A stretch of DNA of 64,000 nucleotides from IMG/VR virus record IMGVR_UViG_3300008113_011796; one strand, 5' to 3'. Position numbers and translations under genes: made by a program. Below the pieces are notes generated by a model, which was not told where the DNA came from, made no database searches, and saw nothing but the letters and a program-made list of their open reading frames with translations. Numbering within the stretch: the stretch's first letter is position 1; the number at the start of each line of letters is the position of its first letter. This DNA comes from an uncultured virus (IMG/VR IMGVR_UViG_3300008113_011796). Taxonomy: Duplodnaviria; Heunggongvirae; Uroviricota; Caudoviricetes. This document shows, piece by piece, positions 54,271 through 61,098 of this stretch.

Positions 54271-54289
54271 TATATTTGTGAAATATATA
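54271..54289 (+). promoter_or_regulatory. Tandem host-type (TATATTTG) and late-type (AATATATA) promoter boxes
   Basis: 'CCCTATATTTGTGAAATATATAGAA' upstream of the VWA gene. Confidence 0.55.
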
Positions 54290-54308
54290 GAAAAGTAAAT
54301 AAGAGACT

Positions 54309-55823
54309 ATGGTAATAAAGAACATTCACGAGAAGCTTTTGAACACGGTTCAGACGATGCTTATCGACACTAAGATCAACCTGCCCTACTACGGCGAGTT
54401 CAACCTCCACATCTCGTTCCACGAGCAGGACAGCATCGGTACCTGTGCGGTGAACGTTACAGGTAAGGGTATGAACTTCTACTACAGCCCTAAGTTCTTG
54501 GAGAATATGTCTCAGAAGGAGGTGAACTTCATCGACTTGCACGAGATATTCCACTTGTTGTTCGACCACCCTAAGCGTACAGTCTCAGGCCAGTACGACC
54601 ACAAGATGTCTAACATCGTACAGGACATGATCATCAACCACATCATATGGGAGGATATCTCTCACGCTTTCGTGGAGATACCTAAGTCTGCTGACGGTAA
54701 GAATATGGCTCTTTTCGTGCCTAAGGAGTACACGGGCAAGCTTATCTTCGAGGAGCTTTACGAGTGGATGAAGGACGAGAAGGAGAAGTGGCAGAAGGAG
54801 AACAAGAAGAACTCTGAGTGCTCTTCTTGTAACGGCTCTGGAAAGAAGCAAGATAAAAACCAGAAAGGCCAGCAACAAGGACAGGAACAAGGACAGCAAC
54901 CTGGTGAAGGTCAAGGAGAAGGTCAAGGAGAAGGTCAGGGTCAAGGAGAAGGTAATCAACCTGGTCAGGGTCAAGGCGGTGGTGGACACGAACACGGTGA
55001 TGGCGAGGCATGTCCTGATTGCAACGGCACTGGTAACCAAGGTGGCAAGGACTCTACGGGCAAGCCGTCTTACGGACCTTACGGCAAGAACCCTAAGAAG
55101 GACGGCGAGGGCTTGGACACCTGGTCGAAGGAGCAGATCTTCCAGGACATGGAGAACGGCACCGGCGAGTACCTTGACAAGCACATCTCTGACGAGGTTC
55201 CAGAGGAAATGAGAGAGGCGATGGTGAAGGACGTTATGGAGAGGTTGGCTGCTCGTGGCTTGGCTGCTGGTAACGCAGAGGCTACGTTGAACAAGCTTAG
55301 AAAGAAGAGAAAGGACTACTTGAAGGAGATAAAGAGAAGTGTCTCTAACATCATCTTCGGTACACAGAAGGTGCGTACCATCATCAAGCCGAACCGTAAG
55401 GGTATCTCTGGCTTGAAGGGTAACAAGAAGATCAAGACCGCAATCAATGTAATCTTAGATACATCTGGTTCGATGGGTAACACGTTCGAGAAGGTGCTTT
55501 CTTACATCTACCGAAACGACATCACTGTCAACATGATACAGGCAGACACGCAAGTGAACTGGGTCGACAAGTTCATGGATAAGAAGAAAATTGAGAGAAT
55601 GAAAATCTCTGGCTTAGGTGGTACTGTTCTGCAGCCTGCCGTAGACTTCTGCGTCGAGAACTTCAACAAGTACAACACCTGTATCTTGACCGACGGCTAC
55701 TGCGACAGCCTGGACCTTTCGAAGCTCAACGGGAAGGTGCTCATCATCTCCATCGGGACGAAGGTACCAATCACAAAGGGTAACAGCAAGGTCAAGCAGA
55801 TCGTGGTCGATATCGACAAATAA
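54309..55823 (+). CDS. DUF2201-type metallopeptidase (HExxH) + C-terminal VWA domain protein
   Basis: 'LHEIFHLLFDH', 'DMIIN'. MIDAS 'ILDTSGSM', 'GGT.LQP', 'LTDGY'. Confidence 0.9.
   Translation: MVIKNIHEKLLNTVQTMLIDTKINLPYYGEFNLHISFHEQDSIGTCAVNVTGKGMNFYYSPKFLENMSQKEVNFIDLHEIFHLLFDHPKRTVSGQYDHKMSNIVQDMIINHIIWEDISHAFVEIPKSADGKNMALFVPKEYTGKLIFEELYEWMKDEKEKWQKENKKNSECSSCNGSGKKQDKNQKGQQQGQEQGQQPGEGQGEGQGEGQGQGEGNQPGQGQGGGGHEHGDGEACPDCNGTGNQGGKDSTGKPSYGPYGKNPKKDGEGLDTWSKEQIFQDMENGTGEYLDKHISDEVPEEMREAMVKDVMERLAARGLAAGNAEATLNKLRKKRKDYLKEIKRSVSNIIFGTQKVRTIIKPNRKGISGLKGNKKIKTAINVILDTSGSMGNTFEKVLSYIYRNDITVNMIQADTQVNWVDKFMDKKKIERMKISGLGGTVLQPAVDFCVENFNKYNTCILTDGYCDSLDLSKLNGKVLIISIGTKVPITKGNSKVKQIVVDIDK
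54867..54985 (+). repeat. In-frame G/Q/E low-complexity repeat (GEGQ)n, 12-bp GAAGGTCAAGGA units
   Basis: Read directly; bracketed by CSSCNGSG and CPDCNGTG. Confidence 0.85.
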
Positions 55824-55827
55824 AAAT

Positions 55828-55853
55828 AAACCAGTCTCAGGACTGGTTTTTTT
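55828..55853 (+). terminator. Intrinsic terminator
   Basis: AAACCAGTC-TCAG-GACTGGTTT followed by a T-tract. Confidence 0.85.
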
Positions 55854-55862
55854 ATTCATTAG

Positions 55863-55893
55863 TTTGTTATATTAGTTTCTTTTTGTATATTTG
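55863..55893 (+). promoter_or_regulatory. Complete Bacteroidota primary-sigma promoter (-33 TTTG, 19-nt spacer, -7 TATATTTG)
   Basis: TTTG at 55863-55866, TATATTTG at 55886-55893. Confidence 0.8.
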
Positions 55894-55913
55894 TAAAACA
55901 AAACAACGACGAT

Positions 55914-56519
55914 ATGATAGACTTCAGCCAATACACAATCGAGGAACTAGCTAACGCTCTTTATCTTAAGATGGAGACTGAGGGATTTTCCAAAGGAACC
56001 GACAAGACGAAGTGGAGAGAGCCAATCGTCGCTGAGAAGCTTGGTCACAAGGCGCACGCTAAGATCTCTTCTGGAAAGGGAACTGACGGATACGGTTCTG
56101 ACGCGTTCGACCCTTCTGCTACCGAGTTCTGCGAGTACAAGTCTCAGGCAATAGAGGAAGGACAGTTGAGAAACCTGTTGCAGGAAAGCAAGACTTTGAA
56201 GAATGGCTCTGTGAAGGAGTACGTTCCTTTGAGCATCACTGGTGTTTACAACGGTTTTAACAACAACTTCGAGGTTGCGTCTGTTGAGTACGCTAAGAAG
56301 TCTCACTACTTCTCTATCTTCTTCAAAGAGAAGTGCGTTCTTGTGATAAAGGTGAACACAGAGCACGTAATGTCTACTTTGATCTCTAACTACGAGAAGT
56401 TCGCTGCCAAAGGATCTAAGGGTACTACCAACCTTAACAGCGTAACTGTTAGCCTAGCTGATAAACATCTTTACGAAATAGCATATAAAGACTATGAATT
56501 CTTCAATACAAAACACTGA
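55914..56519 (+). CDS. Putative PD-(D/E)xK restriction-type endonuclease
   Basis: 'WRE..VAEKLGH...GSDAFD....FCEYKS' E...D...ExK pattern. Overlaps the MTase start. Confidence 0.55.
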   Translation: MIDFSQYTIEELANALYLKMETEGFSKGTDKTKWREPIVAEKLGHKAHAKISSGKGTDGYGSDAFDPSATEFCEYKSQAIEEGQLRNLLQESKTLKNGSVKEYVPLSITGVYNGFNNNFEVASVEYAKKSHYFSIFFKEKCVLVIKVNTEHVMSTLISNYEKFAAKGSKGTTNLNSVTVSLADKHLYEIAYKDYEFFNTKH

Positions 56520-57240
56520 TTGCCTTGAGTTTATCAAGAGCCTCGAGGACAACAGCGTGGATATGGTGCTTACCGACCCGCCATACTTCATAGGCTTTGA
56601 CGGCGGTAAGGGCTGGGACTCGCAATGGAAGTCCGAGAAGGAGTACCTCGACTGGTGCGACGAGTGGTCGCGCGAGTGCGTGCGTGTTTTAAAGCCGGGC
56701 CGCATGATGATAGTCTGGGGAACGCTGAAGACCGACACCTTCTTGAAGTACAAGCTGATGCTCAGCGGGTACGAAGGCATGCACTCGCAGAACGAGATAG
56801 TGTGGTCCTACAACTGGGGCGGCAGGATCAAGAACAACTTCGCGCGCAAGCACGAGTACGCCTGGTGCTACACCAAAGGCAAGGAGTTCCTGTTCAACGA
56901 CGCAGAGATAAGGGTTCCGCGCAAGCTCAAGAAGAACATTCGAACCGGAAAGGACTTCGAGCAGGGAACGATACCGACGTGCGTCTGGGAGAAGAACAAC
57001 CACACCACTTCGAAGGACTACTGCGGATGGCACCCGACCACAAAGAACATAGAGGTTCTCGAGCGGATGATCAGTGCGTACACTAACCCGGGCGATGTCG
57101 TACTCGACATATTCATGGGTTCTGGATCGACCGCCATCGCGGCTGAGAGATGTGGCAGGAAGTACCTCGGATCGGAAAGAGACACAGATTACTACGAGAA
57201 GTCGCTCGTCAGGATAGAGGAAATGAGAGAGCTAGTATAG
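56494..57240 (+). CDS. DNA N4-cytosine/N6-adenine methyltransferase (beta class)
   Basis: 'VLTDPPY' before 'HPTTK' and 'VLDIFMGSGST'. Confidence 0.95.
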   Translation: MNSSIQNTDCLEFIKSLEDNSVDMVLTDPPYFIGFDGGKGWDSQWKSEKEYLDWCDEWSRECVRVLKPGRMMIVWGTLKTDTFLKYKLMLSGYEGMHSQNEIVWSYNWGGRIKNNFARKHEYAWCYTKGKEFLFNDAEIRVPRKLKKNIRTGKDFEQGTIPTCVWEKNNHTTSKDYCGWHPTTKNIEVLERMISAYTNPGDVVLDIFMGSGSTAIAAERCGRKYLGSERDTDYYEKSLVRIEEMRELV

Positions 57241-57269
57241 AAAATGCCACCCGAAGGTGGCATTTTTTT
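57241..57269. terminator. Bidirectional terminator
   Basis: AAAATGCCACC-CGAA-GGTGGCATTTT. Confidence 0.9.
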
Positions 57270-58119
57270 ATATCTCGAAGTTCGATACGATTACCTCAGA
57301 GGTGTTCTCCTCGTAGGATACGGAACCTACGGCCGCGGCCCAGGCGTTGTACTTCTTGTCGATGTACTTCACCCTGTACTTGCTGCACCAGTCCGTCAGC
57401 CTCTGGTTCTTCACGCCTCTGTGCGACAGCGTGTTCGATAGTATGAACCTGTAGCCCTTCTCGTCAAGCACGTCTATCCACTCCAGCAGCTCCTTCTCGT
57501 CCGGCTCGTTCCATCCGCCGTAGGTGAACTTAGATGCAAGGTACGGTGGATCCAGGTATATTATGTCCTTCTTTCTGTCGACTTTTTCCAACGGCAGGTC
57601 CGAGTATTTCCCGTTTATGAACTGCGGGTTGAGCTTGCTCGACAGCCCCTGGTGTAGCCTTATCCTGTCGACGTCGGCTTCCTTCCTGCCGAACGGGACG
57701 TTGTAGCCGTTCCTGCTGAACCTCAGGAGCGAGTTGAAGCCTAGCTGTATGAGCAGGTGTAGCATGTGTGCGTTGTCTTCGTTGGTTCCGTTCGTTTTCC
57801 AGTCCTCGTTGAAGTCGCTCCTGAGCCTCAGGTATCCCTCCTCGTTTCTTCCGTCGGGGAAGTACTCGTCTAGGCATTTCTGTACCCTGTCCGCGAGGCC
57901 TTCGGACTTCAGTGAGGTGTGTAGCGCGACTACGTTTGTGTCCGCGTCGATTCCGATGCCGCCCGACTTAGAGTTGTACATGCACACGCCAGAGCCTAGG
58001 AAGGGCTCGTGCACTCTTTCCGCGTCGGCGATTGCCTTCGCCAGGTGCGCTTTCATTATCTTGTATTTGTTCCCTGAGTAGGAGAAAGGTCCTTTGATTT
58101 CCATGTCTTTTATATTCAC
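57268..58119 (-). CDS. Dam-like (D12 class) DNA adenine methyltransferase
   Basis: 'SYSGNKY', 'EPFLGSG', 'GFNSLLRFSRNGYNVPFG', 'YLDPPY', 'FILSN', 'EVIVSNF'. Confidence 0.93.
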   Translation of the reverse strand: MNIKDMEIKGPFSYSGNKYKIMKAHLAKAIADAERVHEPFLGSGVCMYNSKSGGIGIDADTNVVALHTSLKSEGLADRVQKCLDEYFPDGRNEEGYLRLRSDFNEDWKTNGTNEDNAHMLHLLIQLGFNSLLRFSRNGYNVPFGRKEADVDRIRLHQGLSSKLNPQFINGKYSDLPLEKVDRKKDIIYLDPPYLASKFTYGGWNEPDEKELLEWIDVLDEKGYRFILSNTLSHRGVKNQRLTDWCSKYRVKYIDKKYNAWAAAVGSVSYEENTSEVIVSNFEI

Positions 58120-58139
58120 TTCTACTATAATGTTTGTTT

Positions 58140-58640
58140 ATGAGCATCATTATGACACACAACGCAGTATTCGTCGGTAAGGCCGACACCGATTTCCAGA
58201 ACGAGCGTTATAGCTTCTCTTGTAACGTAAGGATCGACGAGGTCGACGGTAAGAGTACCGCGGTTATGATGAGATCGTCAAACCAGGGTAATCTTAGGTC
58301 CAAAAATATAAAAGACATATTTTCATCTCTTGGTAAGTTGGAGAGGTTCGATATGGTGGTTATCACTTCTATTTGGTCGAAGACGACAGTGTGTGATGTG
58401 TATGCGGTCGAGTTCGTTGACTACAAGAAAAAGGTCAGTATGAACGAGTTTAACGACCTTGGTTTAGGACCTAACATAGACGAGAGGCTCGAGGTTAGAC
58501 TCAGTGGTGGTTGGACTATCGACGTAGGTAACCGCGACAAGCTCGCCGGCATAGTGGTCGGTTACGGCGAGCCGTTCCCTTCCGAGAAAGACCTCGCAGC
58601 GATACGTAGAGAGATGAAGTTAGGCGGCCTTCTTGGATAG
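58140..58640 (+). CDS. Hypothetical protein with C-terminal tag (RREMKLGGLLG)
   Basis: About 166-aa ORF; start uncertain (58134/58140/58152). Confidence 0.75.
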   Translation: MSIIMTHNAVFVGKADTDFQNERYSFSCNVRIDEVDGKSTAVMMRSSNQGNLRSKNIKDIFSSLGKLERFDMVVITSIWSKTTVCDVYAVEFVDYKKKVSMNEFNDLGLGPNIDERLEVRLSGGWTIDVGNRDKLAGIVVGYGEPFPSEKDLAAIRREMKLGGLLG

Positions 58641-58910
58641 CACCTCGATTACGTCGTCCAGGTCTACGTACCCAATGTTCCCGTCATTGTCCCTGACCGT
58701 CACCTTCGGCTTCTCCGCGGATCCTTCCTCGTCCACGTCAATCGGCTCGAGTTCCTCATCTTCTTTGTGGTCTTTCAGACCCTCAACGTTCCTGACCTTT
58801 ATCTTCATTCCGTCGGAAATCGCCTTCTGTATGTGTTCCGGCGTGATGAGATCTCCCTCGCCGTTGTTGGCAACGAATGCCTCGTAGGTCATTATTCTGT
58901 CATTTTTCAT
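58620..58910 (-). CDS. Small hypothetical protein with N-terminal tag (RIMTYEAF)
   Basis: AATATATA box 4 nt upstream. Confidence 0.75.
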   Translation of the reverse strand: MKNDRIMTYEAFVANNGEGDLITPEHIQKAISDGMKIKVRNVEGLKDHKEDEELEPIDVDEEGSAEKPKVTVRDNDGNIGYVDLDDVIEVLSKKAA

Positions 58911-58914
58911 GCTT

Positions 58915-58938
58915 TATATATTAAGATTGTAATATATA
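58915..58938. promoter_or_regulatory. Back-to-back divergent late-type boxes (TATATATT / AATATATA)
   Basis: Each box sits exactly 4 nt from the ATG of its divergent gene. Confidence 0.7.
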
Positions 58939-58942
58939 GTGT

Positions 58943-60268
58943 ATGAAGCATTTGAGAAGATTTGACGAGGAACTCGACCCGGGCGTCTACAGAAGGGCGG
59001 CGCAGGGCAAGGAGAAGGTACACGGCGACGTTGACGCCGCGAAGGCGCTCAGGGACTGGGCGAAGAAGACCGAGTCCGGTGGGATGGGCTACGACATAGT
59101 GTATACTTGTGTAAGAGAGGGACGTCCTCTTTACACTGGGATTGAATACACCGCGAACATGGTGAAGCCGACGGTGGCCGGTGTCTTCTTCGGATCGGTA
59201 CTTGAATACCAGAAGAACAGGATTGGTGAGAACACGGCAGACTCTATACTGGCTGAATGGAAATCGGGTAGCAGGTCGCTATCGGTCAGTATGGTCGTGA
59301 ACTTCGAGAAGACCGAGACCGTGGACAGGTCATGGACCTACGAGGTCACGATCATCGGTAGCAAGATTGGTGAGGCAAATGACCAAGTACAGACCTTCAG
59401 GATAGAAAAGGAACACGAGTCCTCGGCACAGACCGCACTCGGCCAGAGCATAAAGGCTGCCTACCCTAAGATCATAGGCAGTCCGCTTAGGAGCGACGCG
59501 GTGAGGTGGAAGCTTGTGAAAGGGCCGAAGCTCGGTGTCGTGAAGGGTGGCGAGATGATGAGTAAGATCAAGGGCGTGGGCTGGAGCACTGGGTTCCAAG
59601 ACTATACGAGCACGCTCTCGACCTTCGTCATCGAGGTTAGGCTTTCCAGTTCGACCTACGGTATGGCCGACCAGTACGCCTGCGGCGCGTGCGGTGGCAT
59701 GGTCACTATGGACTGCTACGAGTGCGACGGCGAGGGAACGATGTGGAGCGACGAGGCGGACGACGAAGTTCCCTGCACGGTGTGCAACGGGACCGGCACG
59801 TTCACCTGCGAGGAGTGCAACGGCGAGGATTTGACGGCCAAAGTATCTCCGTTCAAGTTCTTCGAGGACACGTTCTCGCCTGAGGTCACGATGAGGCCGA
59901 TACCCGGCAAACAGAACTACAACAGGGACGAGGTTTATTCGCAGTATCCTTGGATTGGCATGTTCAGGACCAGGGACGACGCGAGGAGGTTCCTAAGCGA
60001 CAACTTGGAGAGGCTCATAAACGAGGATCCTAGGTCGAAGTACGGAAAGAACGGAGGCGTAGGTTCCCTCTTCGAGGCGATCACAGACCTCGTGAAGGAG
60101 GCGGTCGACGTGAACGACGACAAGTCGATGGACTACATGCAACAGTCGATTTCGGCGGTGGAGAACATCAGCGTCGCTGCGATGGTTCAGGACAGCAGCG
60201 CCAATCTTGCGGTGAGATCTGCCAACAGAGACTTCAGGAACATATCGACTTACAGACCGAAAAAATAA
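58943..60268 (+). CDS. Hypothetical protein (paralogue family) with DnaJ-type zinc-finger insert; N-terminal tag
   Basis: MKHLRRFDEELDPGVYRRAA, plus CGACGG/CYECDGEG/CTVCNGTG/CEECNG. Confidence 0.82.
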   Translation: MKHLRRFDEELDPGVYRRAAQGKEKVHGDVDAAKALRDWAKKTESGGMGYDIVYTCVREGRPLYTGIEYTANMVKPTVAGVFFGSVLEYQKNRIGENTADSILAEWKSGSRSLSVSMVVNFEKTETVDRSWTYEVTIIGSKIGEANDQVQTFRIEKEHESSAQTALGQSIKAAYPKIIGSPLRSDAVRWKLVKGPKLGVVKGGEMMSKIKGVGWSTGFQDYTSTLSTFVIEVRLSSSTYGMADQYACGACGGMVTMDCYECDGEGTMWSDEADDEVPCTVCNGTGTFTCEECNGEDLTAKVSPFKFFEDTFSPEVTMRPIPGKQNYNRDEVYSQYPWIGMFRTRDDARRFLSDNLERLINEDPRSKYGKNGGVGSLFEAITDLVKEAVDVNDDKSMDYMQQSISAVENISVAAMVQDSSANLAVRSANRDFRNISTYRPKK

Positions 60269-60275
60269 ATAGACC

Positions 60276-61070
60276 ATGAGATACCTGAGAAGATACAACG
60301 AGGAGCTTGAGCCCTATACTTATAGAAAGGCAGCGGATCAACTAATAAAAAAGGGTAGGTACCACAGAAAAAGAGGTGAGGATATGCAAGAATATGCATC
60401 TCTTGTCGATTGGAGAAGACTCAGAGACAGATGCAAGCGTGCCGGAATACTGACGCTTAGACTCGAGACAAGTGTGAAGCCTCCAAGTGGTCAGGCAACC
60501 CCGGACTACGTTGGAGAGTTCCACCCTGTTGTTGGACTTGGACTCGATATGTTTTCGGAGGAGGTAGGAGTCAATATAGCCGAGGGTAACACCGACTTCA
60601 CCGTCACACTAAACTGGTTCGTAAGTGCGGTTCCGACAACGGAGGAAGGCTATGAGCAAGCACACGCTGCTGCCAAGAAGAGGGTTCAGTGGGTCAGGGC
60701 CAGGGGAGCATACGATAAGAACTATGGGTTTCCCCTGGCCTTCTTTCACTTTGACGTCATCTTCTCGGGTGGTAGCTACGAATTCGGTACGCCTCAGTTT
60801 TACTCCAGTGACGATATGCAAGTAGATGCGCACTTAGAGGACAGGTCTGGATCAGGAAGGATCAGGTCCGAGATACTCTGGGAACTGGATGAGAAGTCCG
60901 ATGAACCTCACATCATCTGGCTAGACGGCAAGAGGCACGAATTCACCAACGGTTTTGGCGCGTTTGAGGCAATTCTGCAGTTCTACGGGCTGTCGACCGA
61001 CTACGGACTTGATTCAAAGGCAGTCTACGATTATGTGAAGAAGATACCGGGTAGTTTTTTCACCTGCTAG
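60276..61070 (+). CDS. Hypothetical protein (paralogue family); N-terminal tag
   Basis: MRYLRRYNEELEPYTYRKAA, C-terminal 'GLSTDYGLDSKAV'. Confidence 0.82.
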   Translation: MRYLRRYNEELEPYTYRKAADQLIKKGRYHRKRGEDMQEYASLVDWRRLRDRCKRAGILTLRLETSVKPPSGQATPDYVGEFHPVVGLGLDMFSEEVGVNIAEGNTDFTVTLNWFVSAVPTTEEGYEQAHAAAKKRVQWVRARGAYDKNYGFPLAFFHFDVIFSGGSYEFGTPQFYSSDDMQVDAHLEDRSGSGRIRSEILWELDEKSDEPHIIWLDGKRHEFTNGFGAFEAILQFYGLSTDYGLDSKAVYDYVKKIPGSFFTC

Positions 61071-61098
61071 TATGAATGACAGAAAAAAATAGACAGAC

